A stretch of DNA of 64,000 bases from an uncultured Planctomycetota bacterium (GCA_963823665.1 CAWGMQ010000004.1:2784001-2848000); one strand, 5' to 3'. Shown: positions 20,897 to 31,651, numbered from the stretch's first letter. Notes: a model not told the origin generated them from the letters alone. Numbers and translations are program-made.

Positions 20897-21209
20897 ATGA
20901 CCGACCTGATCACCGAGATCTGGGCTGGCCTCAAGGACGCCGGGATGCCGGACGTGATGCTTTACCTTCCCGATGGCTCGGCGTGCCGCTGCCACTGGGA
21001 TGAGACGGCGCTCATCGGGGACGTGCGAGTGGCCTTGCTGGCGGACCAGGATCGGAAGATCGTCCGGATCATGCCGATCCACGAATGCAAGGGGATCGGA
21101 ATCGCCAGCCCCAAGGGGACTGATCCGGCCGGCTATCGCACGGTCGTGCAGGCCAAGCTCAAAGAGCAGTTCGAGGGCGAGCCGTGCCGAGCAATCGCCC
21201 GAGACTTGA
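20897..21209 (+). CDS. Hypothetical protein (end uncertain)
   Basis: gagga [30 protein letters not shown]...; the 3' extension in the ORF track overlaps xerD. Confidence 0.55.
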
Positions 21210-22169
21210 GCACGCCTGTATCTGTCCTCTTCCGACACGGGGTCGGCCTGGCTCCGGGGGTGAAAGCGCGCATGGACCTCGCGGAGCCGGCTCAGCTCGA
21301 CCCGCGTGTAGATCTGCGTCGTGGCAATCGACGCGTGGCCGAGCATTTCCTGCACGACGCGGAGATCGGCTCCCCCGGCAAGCAGGTGGGTGGCGAAGCT
21401 GTGCCGTAGCGTGTGCGGGCTCACGTCGCCGCTGGCAGCCGCTGGCCCGAGCGTGGCGCTTGACGATCGACCACAAGCCAATCCGCGACAGCGGCCGGCC
21501 TGATTTCGCCACGAACACCACATCGGTTTCCGGCCTGCGCGCGACGAGCGCGGGCCGGTCCTGGCTGAGGTAAACCGAAATGGCCGCGATCGCGCTCGAG
21601 CCCAGGGGAACTTGCCGCTCCTTGTCCCCCTTGCCGACGCAGCGGGCCGTTCCTTTCCTGAGATCCAGATCACCGGCCGCAGCCCGACGACCTCGGAGGC
21701 GCGGCAGCCGGTGGCATAGAGCGTCTCGAGCAGCGCACGATCGCGGCGGCCCAGCCGCGTCGCCGTGCTGGGGGCAATCGAGCAGTCGCAGCGGTGGCGG
21801 CCGGGCTCAGGACCGTCGGCAAACGGTCCCAGACCACCGGGGCGATCAACAGCTTGGCGACGTTCTCGGTGACCTTGCCTTCGAGCACCAGGAAGCGGAA
21901 GAACGTCGAGAGGCTCGCCAGGTGCCGGCATACGCTGCTCGCCGAAAGAAGCGCGCAATTCAGCGAGTCGACGTAGTCGCTCAGCGTGATTGCATCCAGT
22001 TTCGAGAGTTCGACGGGCGGCTTGATTTGCGCCATCGCAGGAACCGCATCAGGTCAGACCGGTAAGCCGCCAGTGTATTGGGCGAAACGCCGCATTCCGC
22101 CATCAGATAATGCAAGAACGGGCCGACAGGATCGCGCTGTGGAGCGGGTTTTCGTGGGTCTCTTGTCAT
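21159..22169 (-). CDS. xerD: Site-specific tyrosine recombinase XerD (several frameshifts, end approximate)
   Basis: [70 protein letters not shown]. Confidence 0.88.
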
Positions 22170-22437
22170 GGACGGTTACCTTGATGATTTGGCGGATGCT
22201 CGTGTTTGAAGCATCGGCTGTTGGGCGACTGGGCCTTGACGGGAGGTACCGTCCGTCATGTGGCGTGGCAACCATTCCCCGGTAGATTTGTGCTGGGGCA
22301 GGGGTCTCGGGCGGCGCCCTTGGAGGCCATGACCGTCTTTGGTAGGGTGTGGGCCATTCGCGGCGTCGCTGCGTTCCCGTGCCTTCCACTCCGCGAGAAA
22401 ATGGTGGTGTTCCTGTGTTCTCGAGGGTATCGCGATC

Positions 22438-23022
22438 GTGGAAACTGTGGCGGTTCGTTACGAGCGTGAGCGGTTGATCGAGCTGCTGCAACGAGATGCG
22501 CTCAAACGAGGTACATTCACACTGGCGAGCGGCCGCACCTCGCATTATTACGTCGATGGTCGCAAGTTGACCCTTTCGGCAGAGGGTGCGGCATTGATCG
22601 GTGCGGGCGTGCTGGAGCTGCTTGCCGGAGAGTTCAAGGTTGATGCTGTCGGCGGTCTGACGATGGGGGCTGATCCGATCGTCGGGGCAACACTCGCCCT
22701 TGCGTCGGCTGCTGGCTTGGGCCATCTACGCGGGTTCCTGGTTCGCAAAGAGGCCAAAGCCCACGGAACAGGCAAGCTGATCGAGGGCCCGCTCGAGATG
22801 GGCTCGACCGTGGCGATCGTCGACGACGTGGCCACCACCGGCGGATCATCGATTCAGGCGGTTCAGGCCGCGGAGGCGATGGGCTGCAAGGTTGCGGTCG
22901 TGATCGCCGTGCTTGATCGACTCGAAGGGGCTGGCGCCGCCTTTGCCGCGCGAGGGTTGCCGTTTCGGGCACTTTTGACCATACGCGACCTGGGTGTTGA
23001 GCCGTTGCCGCCGGCTGACTGA
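22438..23022 (+). CDS. pyrE: Orotate phosphoribosyltransferase
   Basis: FTLASGRTSHYYVD, RKEAKAHGTG, VDDVATTGGS. Confidence 0.95.
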   Translation: METVAVRYERERLIELLQRDALKRGTFTLASGRTSHYYVDGRKLTLSAEGAALIGAGVLELLAGEFKVDAVGGLTMGADPIVGATLALASAAGLGHLRGFLVRKEAKAHGTGKLIEGPLEMGSTVAIVDDVATTGGSSIQAVQAAEAMGCKVAVVIAVLDRLEGAGAAFAARGLPFRALLTIRDLGVEPLPPAD

Positions 23023-23098
23023 ATGCGTGCGTGCTGGGCGCAAGATCGGGTGATCGGTTTCTTGCCGCATGACGCGGCGAATCGGGGTGGACGGAGCC

Positions 23099-23758
23099 AT
23101 GGAGACCAGCCTGCATCGTGCGCTCAAGGATCGGTACGCATCGGGTGAAGACGACCGCCGGGAGGTGCGAATCGCGGGATTTCGGATCGATGCGATTGAT
23201 GAAACGGGGCGACTGATCGAGATCCAATCGGGGGCCCTTGGCCCACTTTGCGGGAAATTGCAGCGATTGCTGCCAGAGCATCGCCTGCGAATCGTCAAGC
23301 CGGTCGTGCTGTCGCGGCGGCTGCTTCGCACCTCGCCGAGGGGCGGATCGGTTCTGTCGGTGAGGCAAAGCCCGAAACGAGGTGCGCTGGTCGACGTATT
23401 CGACGATCTGATGGGAGTGGTGCGAATCTTCCCACATGCCAACCTGGACATCGAGGTGCTCGGCGTTTCGATCGACGAAGTGCGCATTCCGCGACGGCGC
23501 CGGCCGGGGTATACGGTCGCCGATCGGCGCCTGGGCCAGATTCAGGAATCGGCCACTCTGGCCCGTGCCGGCGACCTTTGGAGCCTCTTGCCCGCGGCCT
23601 GTGACAGCCGTACTTTCACCACGGCTGATCTGGCACGGCGGCTCGATCGACCGGTCTGGTTTGCCCAGCGCGTGGCGTATTGTCTGCGCAAGACGGGGGC
23701 AGCGCGCGTTGTCGGCAAGGCGGGGAATCGGCTTATTTATATTCCGCAGTGTGGTTAG
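23099..23758 (+). CDS. Hypothetical protein with PD-(D/E)xK-like N-terminus and HTH-like C-terminus
   Basis: METSLHRALK...IDAIDETGRLIEIQ...FTTADLARRL. Confidence 0.65.
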   Translation: METSLHRALKDRYASGEDDRREVRIAGFRIDAIDETGRLIEIQSGALGPLCGKLQRLLPEHRLRIVKPVVLSRRLLRTSPRGGSVLSVRQSPKRGALVDVFDDLMGVVRIFPHANLDIEVLGVSIDEVRIPRRRRPGYTVADRRLGQIQESATLARAGDLWSLLPAACDSRTFTTADLARRLDRPVWFAQRVAYCLRKTGAARVVGKAGNRLIYIPQCG

Positions 23759-23810
23759 GCTGTTGATGTGGCTACGTGCAACCGACGACAGGATCAGAGA
23801 ACGGAGAGCG

Positions 23811-24947
23811 GTGATGGTTTGTGGATGGCGAGCTGTGAATCTGCGAATTGCGGCGACGGTCGCGGTCGTGTTTCTCTTCGGGACGGGATTGACCTGGGCC
23901 CAGGTCGTGGACTCACGGCCGGGTGAGCCTGCGAAGATGCCGCCCAATTCACCAGACGAGGCGGTGCGTCCAGCCGCGTCGCTGGCTGGCGCCGCCACGT
24001 TTTTGGACAGTGTGGCGCTTGACTGGACTCGTGCGCGGAAGTGCGGGACTTGCCACACGAATTATCCCTACATGGTTGCACGGCCCGCGCTCAAAGAGGC
24101 GGCGTCACCGGCAATGGCCGAGATTCGCGCTTTTTTCGAGAAGCGCGTGGCACACTGGGACGACGCCGAGAAAGACGCGAAACCGCGGTGGGATGCCGAA
24201 GTGGTGTCGACGGCGGCCGCGCTGGCGATGAACGACGCCGCGACGAGCGGGAAGCTGCACCCGCTGTCGCGCCAGGCCCTCGACCGCGTATGGACAGTTC
24301 AGAAACCCGACGGCGGGTTTGACTGGCTGAAGTGCGGCTGGCCGCCGTACGAGCATGACGATTATTACGGTGCGATTGTGGCGGCGCTTGGCGTGGGACA
24401 CGCGCCCGGCGGATATGCGGGCACTCCCGCCGCTCTCGCGGGCGTGAAGCGTCTGCGTGCTTATTTCTCGAAGAACCCTGCCCCGAGCTTCCACCATCGG
24501 GTCATGCTGCTCTGGGCTTGCATGCGGGTCGAAGGCTTGATGGCCGCAGACGAGCGAAACGCCACGATTGCGCGCCTGCGCGAGCTCCAGCGGGCCGATG
24601 GCGGGTGGAATCTTCCCTCGCTGATCGAATGGAAGCGCCATGACGGCAGTGCCAACGACCTCCAGGCTGCGAGCGACGGATACGCCACGGGGCTCTCGGT
24701 TTTCGTGCTCCGCCAGGCGGGAATTCCCGCATCCGACCCGTGCCTGAAGCGCGGTGTCGCGTGGCTGCTTGCGAATCAACGTGTTTCAGGTCGCTGGTTC
24801 ACTCGCTCGCTGAGCACCGACAAGCACCACTTCATCACCCACGCCGGAACGGCATTCGCCGCGCTCGCCTTGCAGGCTTGCGAGATCAACGGCGAACAGA
24901 CGGCGGGCATCGAGCGGGAGCGTTCCGAAAGCTCGCCGCGGCCGTGA
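23811..24947 (+). CDS. Secreted prenyltransferase/squalene-cyclase-repeat protein
   Basis: CGTCHTN; QKPDGGF, QRADGGW, QRVSGRW repeats; SDGYATG. Confidence 0.85.
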   Translation: MMVCGWRAVNLRIAATVAVVFLFGTGLTWAQVVDSRPGEPAKMPPNSPDEAVRPAASLAGAATFLDSVALDWTRARKCGTCHTNYPYMVARPALKEAASPAMAEIRAFFEKRVAHWDDAEKDAKPRWDAEVVSTAAALAMNDAATSGKLHPLSRQALDRVWTVQKPDGGFDWLKCGWPPYEHDDYYGAIVAALGVGHAPGGYAGTPAALAGVKRLRAYFSKNPAPSFHHRVMLLWACMRVEGLMAADERNATIARLRELQRADGGWNLPSLIEWKRHDGSANDLQAASDGYATGLSVFVLRQAGIPASDPCLKRGVAWLLANQRVSGRWFTRSLSTDKHHFITHAGTAFAALALQACEINGEQTAGIERERSESSPRP

Positions 24948-25532
24948 TCATCGCTTTTCGCTTTCAGCCAGCCACCATAGGAGGCCGCCGGCGCAGACTC
25001 CGTGCTCAATCTCGCCTTGCTTGATCAGGTCGAAGATTTTCGAGACCGGAACGAGCTCGACCGTCAATTCCTCGGTTTGGTCGGGTGCGGGCTCGGCAAT
25101 ACGCGTCGCGTTGCGAATGACGATTGTTGAGATGCGTTGAGCCAGAAGCCCCGGATTCGGGGATAACGTGCCGAGAAGCACTGGAGAGTCGCCCGCGTAG
25201 CCGGTTTCTTCCAGAAGTTCTCGGGCGCCGGCGTTCAGAGGGTCTTCCCCGTCTTCAACCAGACCTCCGGGCGTCTCGAGGCTGTCGCGATGTAATCCGA
25301 CACGAAACTGTCGAACCATCACGACTTGATCGTCGGGAGTCAGCGCCACGACGTGCACGCCGTCCTTGAGATAGGCGACGAAGAAGTCGTGGATCTTGCC
25401 GGTCGTTCGCGATCGAAACCGCTCGCGGCACAGGCGAAGCAGCCAGTTATGCACGAGTGTTTCATCGCAAGTCCCTCCGGCTTCGCTCGTCCATGAGGAT
25501 GGGGAGTCGCGATTGACGGGTTCATCGGGCAC
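24948..25532 (-). CDS. NUDIX hydrolase (ADP-ribose pyrophosphatase-like)
   Basis: PGGLVEDGEDPLNAGARELLEETGY Nudix box. Confidence 0.9.
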   Translation of the reverse strand: MPDEPVNRDSPSSWTSEAGGTCDETLVHNWLLRLCRERFRSRTTGKIHDFFVAYLKDGVHVVALTPDDQVVMVRQFRVGLHRDSLETPGGLVEDGEDPLNAGARELLEETGYAGDSPVLLGTLSPNPGLLAQRISTIVIRNATRIAEPAPDQTEELTVELVPVSKIFDLIKQGEIEHGVCAGGLLWWLAESEKR

Positions 25533-25550
25533 GCTATTGGTCCTTCCAGG

Positions 25551-25636
25551 GGGATGTCAGGCTGAAGCCTGACTTACTTGGGATGTCAGGATGAAGCCTG
25601 ACCTACTTGGAATTTCAGGCTGGAAGGCTGAGCTAC
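25551..25636. repeat. Tandem 29-bp palindromic repeat x3
   Basis: gggatgtcagg(c/a)tgaagcctgac(t/c)tactt twice plus a degenerate third unit. Confidence 0.85.
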
Positions 25637-26512
25637 AGCAGGACATTTTCGACGAGTTGAGCCACACCGTCCTCGTCATGGCCGCCGGTGACGAGATCGG
25701 CGGCGGCGATTACTTCGGGACGGGCGTGGCCCATGGCAACGCCGAGCCCCGCATTGCGGATCATCGGGATGTCATTCACGTCGTCACCGACGGCGCAGAT
25801 TGCGGACGGATCGATCCGCCAATGCCGCGATAAGTGCAAGATCGCGGCCCATTTGCCGGCATCGTGACGCAAGATCTCGCACATTGTTCCGCGGTATTTC
25901 GGGCTGCGCTGGACGAACGTCTGAATGTGCCCGTCGAGCCTGCGGTGGGTGGCCGCTTGAAACTCGAGCATCTCCGTACGGGTTCCGATCGCACAGATGT
26001 GGAAGATCGGGTCGCCGCCGCCATCGGATGGGTTCTCGTGATTCCGATGCGTTTGCCTCAGGTGCCATTGTTCGTTGATCTCGGCGTGCTCGTGGTTCTG
26101 GCCGACATATTCGTCGAAGTGGTCGCGGCCGGTCGGGTATGCGGCGACGATGAAATCGGGCTCGTGCGGGCCGCGGTCGGTGAAGACAACGGCCGGCTGG
26201 TCGTGGCTCTGAAACACATCGAGCACCAGGGCGGAGAGAGAGCCGTCAAAGTCGGCTCTCCAGATGGTGCGGCCGTTGGACGGATCTTTGATGATAGCGC
26301 CCGAGTTGCAGACGAGCGGGGCGTCGATCTGGAGGTCGCGGGCAATTGGCCAGGCGCGGCGGTAGCGACGGCCGGTGCAGAGCACGGGGCGAATTCCTGC
26401 GCGGGCAGCGCGCAGCGACGGCTTCGAGTGTACGGGGACGCAGCGTGCCATCGGGATCGAGCAGCGTCCCGTCAACATCGAGAGCCAGGATTTGAAAGCG
26501 ATGCGCGGTCAT
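25633..26512 (-). CDS. Cof-type HAD hydrolase (frameshift near 26410)
   Basis: LALDVDGTLL, CTGRR, VGDDVNDIPM, GVAMGHA. Confidence 0.88.
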
Positions 26513-27423
26513 TTTGCTTCCGCGAACGCGTCGTCCTCCGGGAGATATCCCAGGAGCTCGGCGGCTTCGGAAAGGTCCCAGCGCATTCCGTGGTTGCGAG
26601 ACATGCCGTTTACCACGACGTACGAGCGGTCGTCGATCTCGGCCTCGACGGCACAATCGAAGAGTCGGATGAGGTCGGCGTTGGACAGCCACATCTGGCG
26701 GGCCCATTCGTCGGGTAGAGTCTCGGGCCGATTCGGTCCTTCCTGAATGTGGCCCAACCGCAGCGCGATGAAAGTCATGTCGAAGGCCCGGCCCAGACTT
26801 CGGCCCAATCGCTCGCCGATCAGCTTGGTGACTGCGTAGGGGCCGTCAGGCATCGGAATCGAGTCGACGTCGATCGGCTCGTTGTCACTCTTGTGCCGGC
26901 CGCCCATGACGTGGTTCGAGCTCGCGAAGATAACCCGTTCGACGCCGGCCAAGGCCGCGGCGTGAAAGACGTTTGCCAGGACGTCGATGTTCGGGCCGAT
27001 CAGGTCGTCCCAGGGGGCATGCTCATCCGTGTTGGCCGCCAGATGAACGACGGTGTCGACCCCGTGAAAGTGTGTGATCCATTCGTCGTCGAGGATTTCC
27101 AGGTCGGCGGTGATGATTTCGGGGTCGTCGGGATCGTCAAGGCGATCGATGAGCACGAGGTCGTAAACGTCGGCCCAGGCTCTGCGAAGTTTGCGGCCGA
27201 TATTGCCACAGGCACCGGTGATGAGCACGGTACGAGGCTCGTCTTCGATCGAGTCCAGCAGCGATTCATCCTCGGTATCGAGCTCGTCCTCGTCATCGAC
27301 GTCGGAATCGAGCAAGTCATCGTCTTCCGGCTCATCGCTTGACGGAGGCACGCCCGCGAGAGGCTGTGCTCGCTCGGACTCTTCACCAGGCTCGTTGTGT
27401 TCTCGTGATCGATCGGGAGACAT
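26509..27423 (-). CDS. NAD-dependent epimerase/dehydratase (uronate dehydrogenase-like) with acidic N-terminal extension
   Basis: ITGACGNIG, FASSNHV, YAVTK. Confidence 0.85.
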   Translation of the reverse strand: MSPDRSREHNEPGEESERAQPLAGVPPSSDEPEDDDLLDSDVDDEDELDTEDESLLDSIEDEPRTVLITGACGNIGRKLRRAWADVYDLVLIDRLDDPDDPEIITADLEILDDEWITHFHGVDTVVHLAANTDEHAPWDDLIGPNIDVLANVFHAAALAGVERVIFASSNHVMGGRHKSDNEPIDVDSIPMPDGPYAVTKLIGERLGRSLGRAFDMTFIALRLGHIQEGPNRPETLPDEWARQMWLSNADLIRLFDCAVEAEIDDRSYVVVNGMSRNHGMRWDLSEAAELLGYLPEDDAFAEAK

Positions 27424-27570
27424 GGTCAATGTCCTTGCAGCTTGAGCCACTTTAGCGCGCTTTGCCTCGCCATTTCGAGCGCGAGCCATAGTGTAACACG
27501 TCACGGGAAAACTGCGAGACTTCAAGCGGGAAGCGGGCCAATCCCGTTCAGGCGAAGCGCTTGCGCGGCG

Positions 27571-28719
27571 CTATGCCTCAGTTTCGAGGGCAGGCCTGCT
27601 TAGGACCTTGTCGAGGGCTTCGAGGAAGAAGAAATCGCCCCACATGACGGATTCGTCCACCCCCAGCTTCTTGTGGAAGTGATAGACGCCGTGCTTCAGG
27701 ACTCCTTCCCAGCCCGGTGTGGTCGTTGCGAGGTACTGGTCGGTGCAGAGCGTGTCGAGAATCGCGAGCGCGGCGTCACGGTATTGCACCGCCCTGGCAG
27801 GTTCGCGCGAGTCCAGAATCGCGGCCAAATCCCACAAGCCGGAAGCAGCGATCGCTGCGGCAGAGCTGTCGTCGATCCGGTCTGGTCCGGGCGGGACATC
27901 GAAATCCCAGGGGGGAACGAAGCTCAGTGGGCACCGGCCGAGGAAATAGTCGGCGTTGCGCACGGCTACAGCCAGGTCGCTATCACGGCGGGTGAAACCG
28001 AAAACGGTGGTGAAACCGTAAAGCGACCAGGCCAGGCCGCGGGCCCAGGCCGAGCCCGGGTGAAGCCCCTGATGAGTCGACTGGCGGAGGAATTCGCCGG
28101 TCGCGAGATCAAAGATGCCTTCATGAGCGGTTGAGCCGTCGGCGCGGACGAGCGTCCTTGCGGTGGTGTCGCAATGGGCCCGTGCCCGTCGATCGAGCTC
28201 CGGGTCGCCGGAAGCCGCCGCCGCGTAGAAGACAAGCGGCACGTTCATCATGATGTCTATGAACAGGCTCTCGGGCGCGACGAACGAGCGAAGATACCGC
28301 CCCTTTTCGTTAAATCGCAGCGCGAGCGTACGCCCCGCCGTGATCAACACGTCGCGCAGGCGCGGGTCGTCGGTTGAGCGATACCAGGGAAGATACGTGT
28401 TGAGAAAGATGAAACCCAGGTCGTGGACGTCGCGGTCAAACTGCTTGTGTTCGAGCAGATGCGTGTAGTGGATGGCGTGCTGCCGCCACTCCTCTTCTCC
28501 CGACCTCTGCGCCAGGAGCCACATCATCCCGGCGTGGAACCCCGCGCACCAGTCGGTCCAGCCTTCGCCGTCATGCCGCCAGCGACCGTTTCGAGTGTAG
28601 ATCGGAAAAAAATCCGGATCGCGCTCGATCAGCCGCCCTACCTGGTGAGCCGCGAAGTCAAATGCTTGCTCGAGCCGCGGCAGGAGCGATTTCACGTCGA
28701 TTTTTCGAGGCTCTGCCAT
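27571..28719 (-). CDS. Glycoside hydrolase family 88 (unsaturated glucuronyl hydrolase)
   Basis: DVHDLGF, IDIMMN, THQG, WARGLAW, DSSAAAIAASG, WGDFFFLEAL. Confidence 0.9.
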   Translation of the reverse strand: MAEPRKIDVKSLLPRLEQAFDFAAHQVGRLIERDPDFFPIYTRNGRWRHDGEGWTDWCAGFHAGMMWLLAQRSGEEEWRQHAIHYTHLLEHKQFDRDVHDLGFIFLNTYLPWYRSTDDPRLRDVLITAGRTLALRFNEKGRYLRSFVAPESLFIDIMMNVPLVFYAAAASGDPELDRRARAHCDTTARTLVRADGSTAHEGIFDLATGEFLRQSTHQGLHPGSAWARGLAWSLYGFTTVFGFTRRDSDLAVAVRNADYFLGRCPLSFVPPWDFDVPPGPDRIDDSSAAAIAASGLWDLAAILDSREPARAVQYRDAALAILDTLCTDQYLATTTPGWEGVLKHGVYHFHKKLGVDESVMWGDFFFLEALDKVLSRPALETEA

Positions 28720-28895
28720 CCCGGGATTTCCGTAGAAAATAGAATAGAGTTAATTCTTTTATGTGTGTGTATGATCATCACGCGGCCCCGGCCGCAGAGA
28801 ATAGGATAACTCAAGCGGCTTTGCTAGAGTAATGTCCTCGGCGAGTCGCGTGTGTGAGGTGTCTCATGGATTTCGACGAGTTGAACCGGTAGCCG

Positions 28896-30362
28896 ATGGC
28901 CACGAATCAAGAAAGGCTGGCAATCGCCTGGAGAATGATCCAGGCTGGAGATCTTCCGGGCGCCCGCGGGCATCTCATTGGGCTGACCGCGGTTGATCAG
29001 TCATTTGCGCAAGCGTGGTACTTACTGGGCTCGGTCAACCAGCTTCTGGGAAACACCACCGAATCTCTGGCGAACTACGAGCGGGTGCTTCGACTCGAGC
29101 CCGATCATGTCGCAACACTGAACAACGTGGGAGTTGCGCTTCAGGCACTGGGAATGCCCCGGGAAGCGGCGGCCAGCTTGCGAATCGCCATCCGGAACAA
29201 ACCCGACTACGCCGAGGCGCACAGCAATCTCGGCAATTCCCTCAAGGACCAAGGCGATCTCGAAACCGCGGTCGCGTGCTATCGGCGGGCCATCGAGATC
29301 GATCCCAACTATTTTGACGCCTACAACAACCTGGGTAACGGTTTGCGCGCCCAGGGAAATCTGGCGGAATCGGTAGCGTGCTACGAGAAGGCCCTCGAGC
29401 TGAAGCCGGACAATCCCGAAATGCACTTGAACCGGGCACTCGCCTGGCTGCAGATGGGCGACTTCGAGCGCGGATGGCGCGAGTACGAGTGGCGTCTCTT
29501 ATGCAGGGACTTCGCGATACCGCCAATTGCGGCACCGCGGTGGGAAGGAAGTCCGCTCGAGGGTCAGACCATCTTGCTGTACGCCGACCACGGCTTCGGC
29601 GACACGATTCAGTTCATTCGTTACGCGCCCCTGGTCCGCGAGCGCGGGGGGCGAGTGATCGTGGCGTGTCAAAAACCGATTGCACGCGTGGTGGCGAGCT
29701 GCCCGGGCGTGGAGCAAGTTGTTCCGGAAGGCTCGCTCCTGCCCGAATTCGCCGTTCACGCGCCGCTGATGAGCTTGCCGCTTGCGTTCGGAACGACGCT
29801 CCGCTCGGTGCCGGCTAGCATTCCCTATCTGTCTGCGGACGCCGCGCTCGTCGGCCTTTGGCAGGCTCGACTGGGGTCATCGCGCTCGTTCAAGATCGGG
29901 GTTGCCTGGCAGGGCAACCCGACTTATCGGCGCGATCGGGAGCGGTCGTTTCGGCTTGCGGAGCTTGAACATGTGGCGAGGACTCCGGGCGTCGAGCTCG
30001 TGAGCTTCCAGCGCATTCACGGGGTCGAACAGCTTGGCGAGGTCCAGGACAAGTTCGCAGTGACCTCGATCGGCGAAGAACTGAACGACTTCCTGGACAC
30101 GGCGGCAGCCATGCAATCGATCGATCTGATGATCACTCCGGATACGTCGCTGGGACATCTTGCCGGGGCTCTTGGCGTTCCGATCTGGCTGGCGCTGTCG
30201 TTCGCAGCCGACTCGCGATGGCTGGAAAGCCGGTCGGACAGTCCGTGGTATCCTTCGATGCGACTGTTCCGGCAAGCGCGCTGGGGGGAGTGGGGGCCGG
30301 TCTTCGAGCAGATGGCGGCGGAGCTGCCCGGCTTGATGGCGGCGTGGGAAACGCGCGTGTGA
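28896..30362 (+). CDS. TPR-repeat glycosyltransferase-like protein
   Basis: TPRs (AEAHSNLG, DAYNNLG); GFGDTIQFIRY; DTSLGHLAGALG; SPWYPSMRLFRQ. Confidence 0.88.
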   Translation: MATNQERLAIAWRMIQAGDLPGARGHLIGLTAVDQSFAQAWYLLGSVNQLLGNTTESLANYERVLRLEPDHVATLNNVGVALQALGMPREAAASLRIAIRNKPDYAEAHSNLGNSLKDQGDLETAVACYRRAIEIDPNYFDAYNNLGNGLRAQGNLAESVACYEKALELKPDNPEMHLNRALAWLQMGDFERGWREYEWRLLCRDFAIPPIAAPRWEGSPLEGQTILLYADHGFGDTIQFIRYAPLVRERGGRVIVACQKPIARVVASCPGVEQVVPEGSLLPEFAVHAPLMSLPLAFGTTLRSVPASIPYLSADAALVGLWQARLGSSRSFKIGVAWQGNPTYRRDRERSFRLAELEHVARTPGVELVSFQRIHGVEQLGEVQDKFAVTSIGEELNDFLDTAAAMQSIDLMITPDTSLGHLAGALGVPIWLALSFAADSRWLESRSDSPWYPSMRLFRQARWGEWGPVFEQMAAELPGLMAAWETRV

Positions 30363-30379
30363 GACTCAATCGATTTTTT

Positions 30380-30796
30380 TCAATCGACGGCGCGGCGCAG
30401 CAGTTTGATTTCCTTCTGGCGGCGCAACTGGCGAGCGGTTGATTCTTCCCACTCGATGGCCTCGGTTTCAAGCCAGTCGATCGCACGTTTGAGCCAAGCA
30501 CGAGGGATCGCAACGCCGAGCTCAGCGTGACGCACCACCACGCCTGCCAGCGCAAGACGGGCGGTCTCATCCCACTCTTCGGGCGGGTCTTTGAGAGCGA
30601 GCGACTCCTGCAATGCCGTGATTGCCGCTTCCAGAGTCTGGGTGGTGGCGAGACGCGCTTGAACTTGCTCGAACAAAAGTGGATTGCGGTCGTCCATGAG
30701 CTGTTCATAGACCGCACCGTGCACGCGATCAAAGCCGGCATCGAGGGCATCGCCGCAGTCGTCGTTCTCGTAACTTTTGACGCCCCAGTAATTCAT
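30380..30796 (-). CDS. Hypothetical protein (DUF4259-like N-terminus)
   Basis: MNYWGVKSYENDD start motif. Confidence 0.65.
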   Translation of the reverse strand: MNYWGVKSYENDDCGDALDAGFDRVHGAVYEQLMDDRNPLLFEQVQARLATTQTLEAAITALQESLALKDPPEEWDETARLALAGVVVRHAELGVAIPRAWLKRAIDWLETEAIEWEESTARQLRRQKEIKLLRRAVD

Positions 30797-30834
30797 TTGT
30801 CCGTTATCAGTTGTTAGTTGTCAGTTGCTGGGTG

Positions 30835-31629
30835 TCATTTTGCCGCGAGCGGGCGTGCCATGGCTTGGAGAGCGGTTAATCGCTGCGGGGCCGCTATGAA
30901 TGTCGGAGTCCTGATCGGTGTGCGGCGGATCATTTCGGCGGGAGTGAGGCGTTCACCGGCCAGGTTGCCGAATTCGCAGCCGGCCTCACTTGTGATGACG
31001 ACGCCCGCAGCTATGTCGTGCTCGTGCTCGCCAAGCAAGATGGAGGCTTGCAGCCGGCCGGCTGCTACGAACGATTGCTCGCAGCAGGCGCTTCCCAGGT
31101 CGCGAAGGCGGCCGGGAAGGGAGCGCGGATCGACGGCCCGGAGGGCATTTGTCGAAATGCAGACGTTATCTTGATCGTGAAAACTTGACGCATCTCGGGC
31201 GTGGAGCCTGTCGCCGCCGCGCCAGGCGCCGGCCCCTTTGATTGCCCAGAACAGTTCGTCGAGCGGCGGGATGACAATTACACCCAGCATCGGCTCGCCC
31301 TGGACGATCAGACCGATGCTGATCGACCACAGCGGCAGCCCGTGCACCAGGTTGCCGGTGCCGTCGATTGGATCGATCGACCAGCGCCGAGGTCCTTTTC
31401 CACCGGAAGCAGCGTATTCCTCGCCGCTTAATGCGTCGTCGGGAAAACGGTCGGCAAGGCGCTCGCGGATCATCGTTTCGAGGTCGTGATCCAGGTCCGT
31501 GACGTAGCTCAGATTCGCCTTCTCCTGAGGCGTCACATGATGGCACCGCCGTTTCGCCTCCGTGGCGGCGTGGGAAGCCAGAGCCTTGGCAAATTCGAGC
31601 TCGGGGGCGAGGTCTGTCTTCTCAGTCAT
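30835..31629 (-). CDS. Inositol monophosphatase family protein
   Basis: GEE, WSIDPIDGTGN, GSA, HDIAAG. Confidence 0.9.
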   Translation of the reverse strand: MTEKTDLAPELEFAKALASHAATEAKRRCHHVTPQEKANLSYVTDLDHDLETMIRERLADRFPDDALSGEEYAASGGKGPRRWSIDPIDGTGNLVHGLPLWSISIGLIVQGEPMLGVIVIPPLDELFWAIKGAGAWRGGDRLHARDASSFHDQDNVCISTNALRAVDPRSLPGRLRDLGSACCEQSFVAAGRLQASILLGEHEHDIAAGVVITSEAGCEFGNLAGERLTPAEMIRRTPIRTPTFIAAPQRLTALQAMARPLAAK

Positions 31630-31651
31630 GAGCGGACGCTTCTCGACGGTT

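Noticed and set aside
21159..22169. Prophage or island integrase
   Set aside because: Motifs and housekeeping context fit chromosomal XerD; no att repeats or phage genes seen.
22634..24058. 474-aa minus-strand ORF and similar long antisense ORFs
   Set aside because: Shadow frames of recognisable genes in GC-rich DNA; no motifs.
25551..25636. CRISPR array
   Set aside because: Units are contiguous with no spacers, and no cas genes are nearby.
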